Source: an uncultured Nitrospiraceae bacterium (lineage in GTDB: Bacteria; Nitrospirota; Thermodesulfovibrionia; Thermodesulfovibrionales; Dissulfurispiraceae). From it: a stretch of DNA of 51,760 nt. The notes beneath the pieces were generated by a model, which searched no databases, was not told where the DNA came from, and saw only the letters and a program-made list of their open reading frames with translations. Location: positions 1 through 51,760 of the forward strand of contig CAMTVO010000019.1 in NCBI GenBank assembly GCA_947085205.1, given 5' to 3'. Shown here in pieces: positions 29,632-40,283 of the stretch (positions are counted from its first letter, which is position 1; each line of letters begins with the position of its first letter). Made by a program: the position numbers and the translations under genes.

Positions 29632-31298
29632 AAGGTGATACCTTGAGCTTGTCGAAAGGTCATCTTATACTTCTTCTCCATGCACACCTTCCGTATGTAA
29701 GACATCCCGAATACGAATACTCCCTTGAAGAAAACTGGCTTTTTGAGGCAATAAGAGAGACATACATACCTCTGCTGGATGTGCTCGAAAGAATGGTCAA
29801 TGACGGAATAAGCCCTCATCTTACCATTTCCATAAGCCCCACGCTGACCGAGATGCTCAATGACGAATTGCTGAGAAAGAGGTTTGTACGGTATATGGAC
29901 AACCTCATCGAACTTTCCGAAGCTGAGAAAAAGAGAACGAGACGGTCGGCATTCGAGTCTCCGGCATCTCTTTATAACACAAAGTTTAAGCGGATAAAAA
30001 AGTTATATCAGGAGCGATATGAACAGGATTTAGTCTCTGGATTCAGGAGACTTCAGGACGAAGGTCATATAGAGATTGTTGCAACTTCGGCAACCCACGC
30101 ATTTCTGCCTGCATTCGAAAAATATCCTGATACAGTTAAGGCTCAGATAGAGATCGGAATCAAGAGCTATATCCGTAATTTCGGAAGACGACCCTCAGGT
30201 TTCTGGCTTCCTGAATGCGGATATTTTAAAGGGCTTGATACATTCCTGAAGGATGCGGACATAAAATACTTTTTCCTTGAATCCCATGGTGTAATTCACG
30301 GAAGACCGAGGCCCCGGCACAGCGTATATAAACCTGTTTTATCCCCTTCTGGCTTGATGGTTTTTGGCAGGGACTTTAGATCTGCTCGGCAGGTGTGGTG
30401 CGCATCAAAAGGGTATCCTGGAGACGATTCTTACAGGGATTTTTACCGGGACATCGGCTTTGATTTGCCCACGGCTTATATAAAGAGATTCACGCATTTT
30501 GATATGCGGACATTTACGGGAATGAAATACCACAGCATTACAGGGAATACAAAACATAAGCTGCCGTATGGCAGAGTGAAGGCCATGGAAAAGGTTTTGG
30601 AACATGCTGGGCATTTTATTGAAAGCAGGGAATCCGATTTCAAGCGCCTTTCGGAATTCGGTTATTTCTCTAAATTAGGTGGGCCTGTTATATTCTCAGC
30701 CTTCGATGCAGAACTCTTCGGCCACTGGTGGTTTGAGGGAGTCGAATGGCTTGATATTACGCTCAGGAATCTATTTGGTGGCAGGTTTTCTTTTTGCCTG
30801 ACAACTCCCGACAGATATTTTGACGAGCATTTTAGAAATGATGCTGTTCAGGCTGTAAATCTCTTGCAGTCAAGCTGGGGAGAGGGCGGATACAATTCAT
30901 TGTGGATAGGGGAAAGTAACCATTACATCTACAGGCGTCTCCATAAAATGGCAGAGAGGATGGAGACGTTAAAAGAGTTAAGAGTTAAGAGTTATGAGTT
31001 AAGAGATAAAGGAATTTCAAACTCTAAACTCCGGACTCTGAACTCTAAACTCTTATTCCAGAGGGCTGTTAATCAGGCGATGAGAGAGATGCTTCTTGCA
31101 CAGGCGAGCGACTGGCCGTTTCTGATGCAAAAGGGGAGGGCAAAGGAGTATGCGGAGAGCAGGGTGATAGGGCATATAGATAAGTTTAATGTTATTTTTT
31201 CGATGTTAATGAACGGTGATGTTAAAGCGGAAAGGCTGAAAAAAATGGAAGAATCCGGCAAAATCTTTCAGTGGCTTGATATTTTTAGTGGCAGTTAA
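29628..31298 (+). CDS. GH57-family 1,4-alpha-glucan branching enzyme (DUF1957)
   Basis: LHAHLPYV, EENWLFEAIRETYIPLL, GFWLPECG, FDAELFGHWWFEG, LAQASDWPF. Confidence 0.92.
   Translation: MKGDTLSLSKGHLILLLHAHLPYVRHPEYEYSLEENWLFEAIRETYIPLLDVLERMVNDGISPHLTISISPTLTEMLNDELLRKRFVRYMDNLIELSEAEKKRTRRSAFESPASLYNTKFKRIKKLYQERYEQDLVSGFRRLQDEGHIEIVATSATHAFLPAFEKYPDTVKAQIEIGIKSYIRNFGRRPSGFWLPECGYFKGLDTFLKDADIKYFFLESHGVIHGRPRPRHSVYKPVLSPSGLMVFGRDFRSARQVWCASKGYPGDDSYRDFYRDIGFDLPTAYIKRFTHFDMRTFTGMKYHSITGNTKHKLPYGRVKAMEKVLEHAGHFIESRESDFKRLSEFGYFSKLGGPVIFSAFDAELFGHWWFEGVEWLDITLRNLFGGRFSFCLTTPDRYFDEHFRNDAVQAVNLLQSSWGEGGYNSLWIGESNHYIYRRLHKMAERMETLKELRVKSYELRDKGISNSKLRTLNSKLLFQRAVNQAMREMLLAQASDWPFLMQKGRAKEYAESRVIGHIDKFNVIFSMLMNGDVKAERLKKMEESGKIFQWLDIFSGS
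29637..29660. repeat. 24-nt REP-like element in frame at the GH57 N-terminus
   Basis: GATACCTTGAGCTTGTCGAAAGGT; ACCTT/AAGGT stem; GAAAGGT occurs both immediately before it and at its end; encodes DTLSLSKG. Confidence 0.65.
30974..31054. repeat. Heptamer inverted repeat in frame inside GH57
   Basis: (AGAGTTA)x3 TGAGTTA AGAGATA ... AACTCTA AACTCCG GACTCTG AACTCTA AACTCTT; encodes ELRVKSYELRDKGISNSKLRTLNSKL. Confidence 0.9.
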
Positions 31299-32221
31299 GC
31301 TTTGCTTTCGGACAAGAGGTTGTCGTATGGGTATGCTTTCAGATAGGCTAAGAACTCGTCAACAGCATGCGATAAGACCGCATTCTTCTGCATTATGAGC
31401 GAGAAGTTCCTGAGCATCTTTTCTTCCTTCGGCGTAATCAGCTTTAAGCTTCCGTATTTAACCTCTTTCCGGGCGGCCCATTTCGAGACGATGGATACCC
31501 CGGTACCGTTTTCGACGGCCTGTTTTATCGATTCGGTGCTGCCAAGCACCAGAGCAATGCTCATATCGCCGGTATTGATGCCGTGAGATAAAAGATACTT
31601 CTCTATCATCTGTCTTGTGCCTGAGCCGTCCTCTCTAAGGATGAAAGGCTCTTTGGTAATCTCGAGTATGGAGACGACTTTTTTCTTTGCCCAATGATGT
31701 AACGGCGGAACGATAAAGAGAAGCTCATCCTGAATTATCGGCTCTGTCTTTATCTTGTGTTTCGATGTTTCTCCTTCAACGAGTCCGAGGTCGACGACTC
31801 CCGAGTTCAGAAAATCCACTATTCTCCTGGTGTTTCCGATAAAGACATTTATTTTGATCTTCGGGTGCGTCTTTTTGAAATCCGAGATCACGGTCGGCAG
31901 CACATAATTGCCTATGGTTGTGCTTGCGCCGATTGTTATACTTCCCTTTATCAATCCCGTTATTTTCCCTATTTCTTTTCCCGCCTCGGCATACAGGCTC
32001 AGTATATCTTTTGCATATTTGTAGAGTATCTCGCCGGAGGGTGTCAGATTGATGGAGCTGCTTGACCTGTCGAAGAGCTTTGTTTCGTAAATCTCTTCAA
32101 GGGCCTGAATCTGAAGGCTTACGGCAGGTTGTGTCAGGTGAATAATCTCCGAGGTCTTGGAGAAACTCTTTGTTTCTGCGACCGTGCAAAAGACTTTTAA
32201 TTTGTGGTCTTCCATTCCCAT
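31295..32221 (-). CDS. LysR-family regulator (CysL-like / selenium-metabolism-associated type)
   Basis: SFSKTSEIIHLTQPAVSLQIQALE HTH, GASTTIGNYVLP, REDGSGTR; close to selD. Confidence 0.9.
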   Translation of the reverse strand: MGMEDHKLKVFCTVAETKSFSKTSEIIHLTQPAVSLQIQALEEIYETKLFDRSSSSINLTPSGEILYKYAKDILSLYAEAGKEIGKITGLIKGSITIGASTTIGNYVLPTVISDFKKTHPKIKINVFIGNTRRIVDFLNSGVVDLGLVEGETSKHKIKTEPIIQDELLFIVPPLHHWAKKKVVSILEITKEPFILREDGSGTRQMIEKYLLSHGINTGDMSIALVLGSTESIKQAVENGTGVSIVSKWAARKEVKYGSLKLITPKEEKMLRNFSLIMQKNAVLSHAVDEFLAYLKAYPYDNLLSESKA

Positions 32222-32300
32222 AGGTGTATTAATATACCATAAAATTTATTTATATGTAAATAAGGCTATTCCCCAAGGTCGCCGACTTCTATTATCACGC

Positions 32301-33047
32301 CTATGCCGGAATCTCCGGCAGGCTGTTGCCTACAACTTGCTCTTCTTTTGCGTAATAAAGTATTCTCCTGCATTGAGGGCAATGAAAGATTTCGCCGCCT
32401 GTTTTTATCTCGACAAACAACTGAGGAGGAATATGCATGTTGCATCCATGGCATGCCTCATCCTTCGCCTCTACAACAGCAAGCCCCCGGCATGCCTTCA
32501 TGATGGTCATATACTCGTTATAAGGGTCGCTGTCTATATTTTCTATTAACTTTTTTCTGTCGACCTTTAGTTTCTTTAATTCTTCTTCGCACCTTAGGAT
32601 TTCTTTCACAAGATCTTTTTTTATATTTTCTATTTTTGCCTTTTCTTCAGATATGCGGCCTTTCTCTATATCCAGTATCTTTGATAAGCCTTCAATGGAA
32701 TTTATTATGGACAGTAATTCGTCTTCTGCCAACTTCAGTTCCTTTTCTGCCTTTTCTATCTCCTTTAATTGTGCCTGATACTCTTTATTGGTCTTAATTT
32801 CGGATGTCCTTTGTTTGAGTTTATTGATTCTCTCCGTTATATCCTCGATGTCCCGCTCTTTATCCTTCTTCTTTTTCTCGAAAGCAGCATACTGCTGTTT
32901 CGCATTTTCATAGGCAGCCTCTGTGCTTTTCATCGGGCCTTCGTGCGACGAGATGGCGGCGGGAATCGAATCCATTTTGAGGCGGGTGGAGAGTATGTTG
33001 GAATCTATTTTTTGCAGTTTTATCAAAAGTTTCAATTGTTCGTTCAC
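32301..33047 (-). CDS. Coiled-coil protein with C4-type zinc ribbon (HP0958/CT398-like); probable GTG start
   Basis: Long coiled coil, KTNKEYQA, ACHGCNMHIPPQ...HCPQCRRILY; SD GAGGAG before GTG 33047. Confidence 0.9.
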   Translation of the reverse strand: MNEQLKLLIKLQKIDSNILSTRLKMDSIPAAISSHEGPMKSTEAAYENAKQQYAAFEKKKKDKERDIEDITERINKLKQRTSEIKTNKEYQAQLKEIEKAEKELKLAEDELLSIINSIEGLSKILDIEKGRISEEKAKIENIKKDLVKEILRCEEELKKLKVDRKKLIENIDSDPYNEYMTIMKACRGLAVVEAKDEACHGCNMHIPPQLFVEIKTGGEIFHCPQCRRILYYAKEEQVVGNSLPEIPA

Positions 33048-33064
33048 AATTCTCCTCAAGTTTA

Positions 33065-33170
33065 AAGTGAGTTAAGAAGTTGCGAGTCGAGGAGTACGGG
33101 AGTCGGTTTATTATCTTTAACCCTTAACTCTTAACTCTTAACTTTTTAACTCTTTAACTCTTTAACTTTT
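33065..33170. repeat. Heptamer/octamer inverted repeat next to the tRNA
   Basis: GAGTTAA/GAGTCGA/GAGTACG-like arm versus (TTAACTC)n/(TTTAACTC)n arm. Confidence 0.8.
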
Positions 33171-33171
33171 C

Positions 33172-33248
33172 TGGTGGGCCCTCCAGGACTCGAACCTGGG
33201 ACCAACCGGTTATGAGCCGGTAGCTCTAACCAACTGAGCTAAGGGCCC
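33172..33248 (-). tRNA. tRNA with CAU anticodon, probably tRNA-Ile2 (lysidine-modified)
   Basis: Minus strand GGGCCCTTAGCTCAGTTGGTTAGAGCTACCGGCT-CAT-AACCGGTTGGTCCCAGGTTCGAGTCCTGGAGGGCCCACCA; G1-C72 pair rules out the initiator; lies downstream of rpoD like ileX. Confidence 0.92.
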
Positions 33249-33322
33249 TCTTAAACAACAATGTTTGGTTAAGAGGAAAAATTATCTTTCACACCTAAAC
33301 ATCTAACATTAAACATTAAACG

Positions 33323-34879
33323 CTATGTTTTCGTCAAGGGCTTTCCGAGGAAATCCCTGAGCCACTTGTTTCTGGCAGGATGCTTCAGTTTTCTTATGGC
33401 CTTTACTTCTATCTGTCTTATGCGCTCGCGGGTCACCTCGAACTCCTGGCCAACCTCTTCAAGCGTATGAGGGCTGTCTTCGCCTATTCCGAATCTCTTC
33501 CTTATTACCATCTCCTCCTTGGGCGACAATGTGCACAGAACCTTGTCTATATGTGTTTTGAGGTCCTCGTGGATGACTGCATCCAGAGGTGAGAGATTCC
33601 CCTTATCCTCTATAAAGTCCTTCAGCATGGTGTCAGACTCCTCGCCGATTGGAGTCTCGATTGATATAGGCTCCTTTGATATTTTCAATATGCTTTTGAC
33701 CTTATCAAGGGGTATTTTTGACCGATTTGCTATATCTTCAGGACTTGGTTCAACGCCGAGCTCCTGCACCAGCTCCTTTGTTACGCGATTTATCTTGTTA
33801 ATGTTCTCTATCATATGAACAGGTATCCTAATCGTCCTCGACTGGTCCGCTATTGCCCTGCTTATCGCCTGTCTTATCCACCATGTGGCATAGGTGCTGA
33901 ACTTATAACCGCGCCTGTATTCGAACTTGTCCACAGCGCGCATAAGTCCTATATTCCCTTCTTGAATAAGGTCGCCGAGGCTTAAGCCCTTTCCGATATA
34001 TCTCTTGGCAATGCTTATAACGAGCCTGAGATTCGATTCAACAAGCTGCCCCTTTGCATTGTTGCCTTCTATCTCCGCCTTTTCGAGTTCCTGCATAATT
34101 TTTTTTATCTCCGATGAGCGAAGTCCGAGGCTGGATTCAAGAGCTTTTATCTCCGCAGAGCAGTTCTTGCATTTTGCTGAATTGTTCTTTGTCTTTTTTG
34201 CCCTCTGAAGGTTTTCATGCAGGGATTGGAGCTGGCTGTTCATCTTTTTGAGCTCTTCTGAGAATGCGTTGATAACGTCGTCCCTCAGATTGAGTTCTTT
34301 GACTTTTTGGAGTATATAGCTCTTGTTGTCCAGCAGCAGTTTGCATATGGGCGTATCTTTTTTTGCAGGAGAAGCCTTGCTCTCTGCGCAAAAGCCGCCT
34401 TCCTTCAAAAGCTTTTTCCTTTTTGTGAAGAGAGAATTTATCGATTCCGTGATATTTGAGAATTTCTCCTTTTCCTCAAGAATATCGTCTTCCGAAAGAT
34501 CTTCGCCGTCCTGAATCAGCTCTGCCAGAGGAGCCTCGCCTTTTTCCACGAGCCTGCCGAGCGTTATAAGTTTGTTCAGGACAAAAGGGATTGTGAATAT
34601 TGCGCCGCATATCTTTAACTTGCCTTCTTCTATCTGCTGCGCAATCTCTACTTCTCCGTCCTTTGTAAGGAGGGGAATGGAGCTTATCCCTTTGAGATAT
34701 GCCTTTAAGGGGTTGTACTCCTGTTCGATGACTCCCTTTCTAACCTCTTCGGTTTCGAGAGGCTCTATTTCCCCTTCGACTAAGTTTTCTTTGGGAAAAC
34801 TTTTAGGAGTTACCTCATTGTCTTGATCTTCAAATCTTTCTCCGTAAATATTAAACGGGTTATCATCAATTCTTGGCAA
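33323..34879 (-). CDS. rpoD: RNA polymerase primary sigma factor (sigma70 group 1)
   Basis: [60 protein letters not shown]; follows dnaG. Confidence 0.93.
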   Translation of the reverse strand: MPRIDDNPFNIYGERFEDQDNEVTPKSFPKENLVEGEIEPLETEEVRKGVIEQEYNPLKAYLKGISSIPLLTKDGEVEIAQQIEEGKLKICGAIFTIPFVLNKLITLGRLVEKGEAPLAELIQDGEDLSEDDILEEKEKFSNITESINSLFTKRKKLLKEGGFCAESKASPAKKDTPICKLLLDNKSYILQKVKELNLRDDVINAFSEELKKMNSQLQSLHENLQRAKKTKNNSAKCKNCSAEIKALESSLGLRSSEIKKIMQELEKAEIEGNNAKGQLVESNLRLVISIAKRYIGKGLSLGDLIQEGNIGLMRAVDKFEYRRGYKFSTYATWWIRQAISRAIADQSRTIRIPVHMIENINKINRVTKELVQELGVEPSPEDIANRSKIPLDKVKSILKISKEPISIETPIGEESDTMLKDFIEDKGNLSPLDAVIHEDLKTHIDKVLCTLSPKEEMVIRKRFGIGEDSPHTLEEVGQEFEVTRERIRQIEVKAIRKLKHPARNKWLRDFLGKPLTKT

Positions 34880-36620
34880 GGTTTCCCCCTTTCAGTGGTC
34901 TTGTATTCCCTGATAACCTCTTTTTTTCGAAAAGCAGCGAATTCAGAAGCTTCACGTCGCCTGCTTCGCCTGCAGATTTAATCTGCCTTTCCAGCTTCTT
35001 GAAGGCAATAGCCTTCAAGAAGTCGTTGATACTTTCATCTATATGATCTTCATCGATTTCCGAAGTTATGGACAACATCGTTACGAGCCTTTGCTCTTCT
35101 TCATTGCAGGTTGACAGCAGGTTTTCGATTGAGAGTGTTTTATCCTGCCCTTCGGTAATGGATTTTATCTTCTCTAAGACTCCCTTTATAAGCGGGTCTT
35201 CGATAATTCGGGAATCGATGCTTTCTGCAATGACGCCCGCCTTTTCCGGGAATAAAAGTGCGATATTCATGAGTATCTGTTCTTCTTTGTTTGCACAGGC
35301 TCCGGAAAGCGCGCCTCCGGATACCGAAGCTTCCGGTTTATGGACTTTTGAAGCGTATGCAGGCTTGTGTTTTTTATTGCCGGCAGCCTTTAATTCCTCC
35401 CTTAGAATCATTTCGTTCATCTTTGACCTCTCCGACAAATCCCGTATTGTCTCGTCCCGCTGCAGCGAATCAGGGCATAAGGATATAAGCTGGAGCATAT
35501 ATCTGACCGCATCGAGCTTGCTTTTACCGGAAACCTTTAACATAAATTCTGCAGGAGATATCGCTTTGCTTATATATTTTCTGAAGGTTTCTTCACCGTT
35601 TTTTCTTAAAAGGGTATCCGGGTCTTCTCCCTGAGGCAGAAGCGATACTTTCGCAATCATGCCCTCGGCGTAACAGAGTTCGAGCGACCTTTTCGTCGCC
35701 GATATTCCGGCGGCATCGCCGTCAAATATCAGAAGCGCTTTGTTGGAGAACCTTTTTAGTTTTCTCAACTGCCATGGAGTCAATGCAGTTCCGAGCGGTG
35801 CAATAGCATTTGTAAAGCCGTACTGATGGCACATTATTGCATCGAGATAGCCTTCTACAATGATTGCATAGCCCTTCTGAGTTATAGAGTTTTTTGCAGA
35901 ATTAAGCGCATAGCTGGACTCGCCTTTTTTGAATATGATGCTGTCCGGGGAGTTTATATATTTCGGCGCATTCTTGGCATTCGAAAATATTCTGCCTCCA
36001 AAGGCTATTACCCTTTCCTGAAGGTCTAAGATGGGGAACATCAGTCTGTCCCTGAAAAAGTCATAAGCCACGCTCTCGCCGAAATGCACGAGCCCTGATG
36101 CCTTTATATGCTCTAACTGGAAGCCTTTTGCCTTCAGCCGGGTGAATAGCGAATCCTTTTCGTTTATGCTGTAACCGATAGAAAACCTTTCTATGGTGTC
36201 GCTGTTCAGTCCCCGTTCTTTCAGGTAAGAGATGGCTTGTTTGGAAATTTTTAGATTATCCTGAAAAAAAATGAGCGCTTCTTTATATGCGGCAAACAGG
36301 CTCTCTTTTATGCCCTTGGACTTGGAGTAACCTCCGAAGTCTTCCGTCTTGATGCCTGCCTTTTGCGCGAGGTAAGATACCGCTTCCTGAAATGTCATAT
36401 TTTCATAGTTTATTACAAAGGCGAATATATCACCGCCTTTGTGGCAGCCGAAACAGTGAAATATCTGCTTTGACGGGCTTACCATAAAAGAGGGTGTCTT
36501 CTCTGAATGGAATGGACATAGACCTTTATAATTCTGGCCTGCCCGTTTGAGGTCAACATGCTCGGATATCAGATCTAGGATGTCTATCCGTGCCTTTATA
36601 TCGTCAACTGCCGAGTTCAT
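34866..36620 (-). CDS. dnaG: DNA primase
   Basis: [11 protein letters not shown]...HCFGC Zn-binding domain, KYINSP, VEGYLD, FDGDAAG Toprim. Confidence 0.98.
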   Translation of the reverse strand: MNSAVDDIKARIDILDLISEHVDLKRAGQNYKGLCPFHSEKTPSFMVSPSKQIFHCFGCHKGGDIFAFVINYENMTFQEAVSYLAQKAGIKTEDFGGYSKSKGIKESLFAAYKEALIFFQDNLKISKQAISYLKERGLNSDTIERFSIGYSINEKDSLFTRLKAKGFQLEHIKASGLVHFGESVAYDFFRDRLMFPILDLQERVIAFGGRIFSNAKNAPKYINSPDSIIFKKGESSYALNSAKNSITQKGYAIIVEGYLDAIMCHQYGFTNAIAPLGTALTPWQLRKLKRFSNKALLIFDGDAAGISATKRSLELCYAEGMIAKVSLLPQGEDPDTLLRKNGEETFRKYISKAISPAEFMLKVSGKSKLDAVRYMLQLISLCPDSLQRDETIRDLSERSKMNEMILREELKAAGNKKHKPAYASKVHKPEASVSGGALSGACANKEEQILMNIALLFPEKAGVIAESIDSRIIEDPLIKGVLEKIKSITEGQDKTLSIENLLSTCNEEEQRLVTMLSITSEIDEDHIDESINDFLKAIAFKKLERQIKSAGEAGDVKLLNSLLFEKKRLSGNTRPLKGGNLAKN

Positions 36621-37575
36621 TGCGTCGGCTGATCCTTCTGAAGCCGGAACATTCGAGTATTTTTATGTTTTCGTTCTCCGTCACGCGGTCGAAGATCAGG
36701 TTTAATCCCAGATTGTCGCTGGCAATATGCCCTGCGATTACAACGTTTATATGGTTCTTTTCGGCCTCTTTCCTGTGATCTTCGCTGAGGTGCATGGCAA
36801 CTATAGTATTTATCCCGCTCAGAGAAAGGCTCTGGAATATCTCCTTTGAGCCTTCTGTTCCTCCGGTCATATCCACAAAAATCTTCCCCACCTTTCTGTT
36901 CTTCGAACCCAGCAGTATCTTAGGCCCCGCATTGTTTTTCTCGGCCTCTCTGTATTCCGGAATCTCTTTTAACAGGTCGATGACGTCGTCGACAGTGTAG
37001 GGTTTTTTATCATCGAACATCTTTTGCAGGTATGAAGCCACCATGTTGTCCGCTGGCGTATGTAAACAGATAAAGGGGATATTCAGGAGCTTTGCAGAAT
37101 CAACCGCCCTTGTGTGGTTTACAGGCATTAGTTTCCGCTCCACCTCCTTTATCCTTCCTTCCATGAGGTCTTCAGCTATGTTTATGGGAACTCCGAACCT
37201 GTGCAATATATCCGACTGCATGTACATCACCGAATAGAGGTTTGCATATGCCCTGCCTTCAGGATGGTGTGCAACTATAAGGTCAACAGGGATGTTTTTA
37301 TTCCTCAATGTTTCTGCAAGGAGGACCTCGCCCACCTCTATGTCTATTCCCACAAGGATTGTTTTAATATCTTCATTACCGGTGCCATGAAGTATTCTTG
37401 AATCAGAGTAGGGATTTTCGAGGCCTTCCATATCGAAGGAGTCCTTTTCCTTTGGCTTGAGGTTTTCGTAATCCTTTTTCCTGCGCTCAAGCTCCTTTGC
37501 TACTAACTCCTTCCCCCGCGGGTCACTGTCCATGCCTGTGGATATAGCTTTTTTGTAAAGCTCGGAAAGCTTCAT
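36604..37575 (-). CDS. NIF3 (NGG1p-interacting factor 3)-like metal-binding protein
   Basis: GIDIEVGE, AHHPEG, CLHTPADN, VDMTGGTEG, AGHIASDNLG. Confidence 0.8.
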   Translation of the reverse strand: MKLSELYKKAISTGMDSDPRGKELVAKELERRKKDYENLKPKEKDSFDMEGLENPYSDSRILHGTGNEDIKTILVGIDIEVGEVLLAETLRNKNIPVDLIVAHHPEGRAYANLYSVMYMQSDILHRFGVPINIAEDLMEGRIKEVERKLMPVNHTRAVDSAKLLNIPFICLHTPADNMVASYLQKMFDDKKPYTVDDVIDLLKEIPEYREAEKNNAGPKILLGSKNRKVGKIFVDMTGGTEGSKEIFQSLSLSGINTIVAMHLSEDHRKEAEKNHINVVIAGHIASDNLGLNLIFDRVTENENIKILECSGFRRISRRNELGS

Positions 37576-37603
37576 AATCGATTCACCTCGCGAACGGTTG
37601 CGT

Positions 37604-38068
37604 CTATGGATGAGAACTTAAGAGTTCCTTGACCCTCTGGCTGACGATTTTCCCGTCTGCCGTCCCTTTGGTCTTCGGGGACACTATTTTCATGACTTTT
37701 CCAATATCGTTGGGAGATGACGCGCCGCATTCGCTTATCGCCGAACGTATAATGTCGTCTATTTCCTGCGGAGAGAGCTGCCGCGGAAGGTATGTCTGGA
37801 TTATCTCCAGTTCTTTTTTCTCTTTTTCGGCGAGGTCTGTCCTTCCTGCTGATGAAAACTGTTCTATGGATTCACTTCTCTGTTTTGCAAGGGATGACAG
37901 GACGGAAAGCATATCGTCATCTGTGAGGGTTCCCATTTTTTCTATGGACTTATTTTTTAAGGAGGCCTTGATCATACGGATAACTGAAACCTTCAGTTCA
38001 TTCCTGGATTTCAAGGCCTCCCTGAGTTCTGCGTCAAGCCTTTTTACCGTCTCTTCGGGGACTGGCAC
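37604..38068 (-). CDS. GatB/YqeY domain protein
   Basis: KQRSESIEQF..AGR.DLAEKE, YLPRQLS, DIGKVM, ADGK; follows rpsU. Confidence 0.93.
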   Translation of the reverse strand: MPVPEETVKRLDAELREALKSRNELKVSVIRMIKASLKNKSIEKMGTLTDDDMLSVLSSLAKQRSESIEQFSSAGRTDLAEKEKKELEIIQTYLPRQLSPQEIDDIIRSAISECGASSPNDIGKVMKIVSPKTKGTADGKIVSQRVKELLSSHP

Positions 38069-38071
38069 AAA

Positions 38072-38272
38072 TTACCTCGCTGAGAATGTTTTCGTTCTTT
38101 TTGCAGCTTTTTTACGAGCAGCTATAATTTTCTTCTTTTTCTTGATGCTCGGCTTGTCGTAATGCTCTCTCCTTTTTATCTCCGAAAGTATGCCTTCGCG
38201 CTCGCACTGTTTTTTAAAGTGCTTGAGGGCAGACTCAAGAGACTCCGTATCTTTTACTTTTACTGAGGGCAT
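38072..38272 (-). CDS. rpsU: 30S ribosomal protein S21
   Basis: [30 protein letters not shown]. Confidence 0.97.
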   Translation of the reverse strand: MPSVKVKDTESLESALKHFKKQCEREGILSEIKRREHYDKPSIKKKKKIIAARKKAAKRTKTFSAR

Positions 38273-38379
38273 TTATAAATCACCCCTCTCTCTATTGGGA
38301 TTTTTGTAGATAATTTAACAATTAAGATAAATTTCTGTCAAGAAAATACGCAGTCTGAAACGGATTTTCTGGAGGGGGG

Positions 38380-38456
38380 TGGCGCGCCCAGGAGGATTCG
38401 AACCCCCGACCTGCGGATTCGTAGTCCGACGCTCTATCCAGCTGAGCTATGGGCGC
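38380..38456 (-). tRNA. tRNA-Arg(ACG)
   Basis: Minus strand GCGCCCATAGCTCAGCTGGATAGAGCGTCGGACT-ACG-AATCCGCAGGTCGGGGGTTCGAATCCTCCTGGGCGCGCCA. Confidence 0.96.
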
Positions 38457-38658
38457 ACTTGAAAATTCTATCAATAATCATAGTGTTTTAGCAACTTATT
38501 CAGAGGTTGGCATAATCCGTAGCCAAATATTTTAACAGCGATAAATAGGAAGTTACAAAACGGATTAAAGAACTAATTTGAAGTTGCCCAATAGTGAAAC
38601 TATGTGCTACTTTTTAGGAAAAGGGGAATTGCATTTATTTGAAAGGGGGTAGGATGTT

Positions 38659-39174
38659 ATGAACGATATACTGAAAATCATAAAAGAGAGGCGCAGTGTC
38701 AGAAACTTCCAGAAAAAGGACATACCAGAAGATGTAATCAAAAAATTGATAGATGCGATTACCTGGGCACCAAGTGCCGGAAATCTGCAGTCAAGAAAGT
38801 TCTATTTTGTTAAAGATGACAAAACAAAGAGGGATATTGCTATTGCGGCGCTCAATCAGAATTTTATTGCAGAAGCCCCGCTTGTTATTGTGGGATGTGC
38901 TGACAGGAGGATCGAAAACCGCTACGGAGACAGGGGTATTCATCTATATACGATTCAGGATGTGGCTTGCAGTATTATGAATATGATGCTTACTGCCCAT
39001 GAAAACGGTCTTGGCAGTGTCTGGGTAGGTGCATTCAGGGAAAGCGATGTGTTTGAGATACTTGATATGCCTAACAATTTAAGGCCTGTTGCAATAGTGC
39101 CTGTTGGCTATCCTTCGAGGATACCGTCTGCACCGCCGAGGGTTACTGCAAAAGAGGCGGTGGAGTTCAGGTAG
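38659..39174 (+). CDS. Nitroreductase family protein
   Basis: RRSVRNF, APSAGNLQ, GLGSVWVGAF, VPVGYP. Confidence 0.93.
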   Translation: MNDILKIIKERRSVRNFQKKDIPEDVIKKLIDAITWAPSAGNLQSRKFYFVKDDKTKRDIAIAALNQNFIAEAPLVIVGCADRRIENRYGDRGIHLYTIQDVACSIMNMMLTAHENGLGSVWVGAFRESDVFEILDMPNNLRPVAIVPVGYPSRIPSAPPRVTAKEAVEFR

Positions 39175-40090
39175 ATAGCTTTTTAATGCACTCCTCCATA
39201 TCCTCCGGTATCGCATTTGAAAACTCCATGTATTCCTTGGTTACCGGATGGACAAAACCCAATGTCTTTGCATGGAGCATCTGGCGGAGAAACGATATTT
39301 TCTTTTTATTCATCTCAATGACTGTCTTTTTGCCGTATGTCTTATCGCCGAGAACAGGATGTCCTATGGCTGAGAAATGCACCCTTATCTGGTGCGTCCT
39401 TCCTGTGCCGAGTCTTGCTTCAATCAGGGTGGCATATCCGAATCTTTTTATTACCTTCCATCTTGTGACCGCTTCTTTTCCTTTTCTTGTGCGTGTCGAC
39501 ATTTTCTTTCTGTCCGAGGTTGAACGGCCTATGTCCATCGCAATTTCTCCGGAATCCTCTTTGATGTTTCCGTAAACAAGTGTTATATATTGTCTGTTGA
39601 TTGTCCTTTTTTTGAATTGTTCAATGAGTTCATAATATGAGCTGTCATCAAGCGCAACAACCATTGCTCCTGACGTGTCTTTGTCGAGCCTGTGGACTAC
39701 GCCGGGACGCAAAGGCCCTCCGACTGCTGCGAGTTTTTTGCAATGATAAGCCAGTGCATTGAGCAGAGTTCCTCTTTCATGCCCTGCCGCCGGATATACG
39801 ACCATGCCTGCAGGCTTATCAACCACAATAATATGTTTGTCCTTGTAGAGTATGTTTATGGGAATTGGCTCGGGTATAAGGACTTCCTTTTCTTCATCGG
39901 GCCTATGGAATGCGATGGTGTCGTTTATCCTTACCTTGTAATTTGGGTTTTCTATTTTGTTATTTACAAGGATGTGACTATCTTTTATAAGCTTTTGAAC
40001 CTGAGAGCGAGTAATCCCTGTCTTTTCTGATACAAAGATATCGAGCCTCTTTGAAACATCCTCTTTTGAAGCAATTATAATATCCTTCAT
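39167..40090 (-). CDS. rluD: RluA/RluD-family 23S rRNA pseudouridine synthase (probable start at ATG 40090)
   Basis: S4 domain (RLD...TRSQVQKLI), DKPAGMVV, VHRLDKDTSG, GRTHQIRVH, LHAKTLGF. Confidence 0.88.
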   Translation of the reverse strand: MKDIIIASKEDVSKRLDIFVSEKTGITRSQVQKLIKDSHILVNNKIENPNYKVRINDTIAFHRPDEEKEVLIPEPIPINILYKDKHIIVVDKPAGMVVYPAAGHERGTLLNALAYHCKKLAAVGGPLRPGVVHRLDKDTSGAMVVALDDSSYYELIEQFKKRTINRQYITLVYGNIKEDSGEIAMDIGRSTSDRKKMSTRTRKGKEAVTRWKVIKRFGYATLIEARLGTGRTHQIRVHFSAIGHPVLGDKTYGKKTVIEMNKKKISFLRQMLHAKTLGFVHPVTKEYMEFSNAIPEDMEECIKKLST

Positions 40091-40283
40091 AATTCTTGCA
40101 AATATTATATCAGAGTGATAGAATTCCTTATCCACCCATATGGAGATTTATAAACCTGAGCGCGTGAAAGACAATTTTAATATTCTTCTGGGTTCAAAGA
40201 AACAATTTATTTTATTTAATGGAGGTTTTTAATGAGAAAGAGCCTGTTATAATTACAGGTTTCATATATCTGGAGGGAATGTT

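Noticed and set aside
32225..32335. RNase P RNA or other ncRNA downstream of the zinc-ribbon gene
   Set aside because: The spacer is only about 80 nt and lacks RNase P signatures; only a 7-bp hairpin (TGCCGGA-ATC-TCCGGCA) is present
33172..38456. tRNA-anchored genomic island
   Set aside because: Only core genes lie between the tRNAs; no duplicated tRNA 3' end or integrase seen
40136..40283. Hidden gatC upstream of gatA
   Set aside because: The spacer is too short and has no GatC-like frame; an unlinked gatC is common
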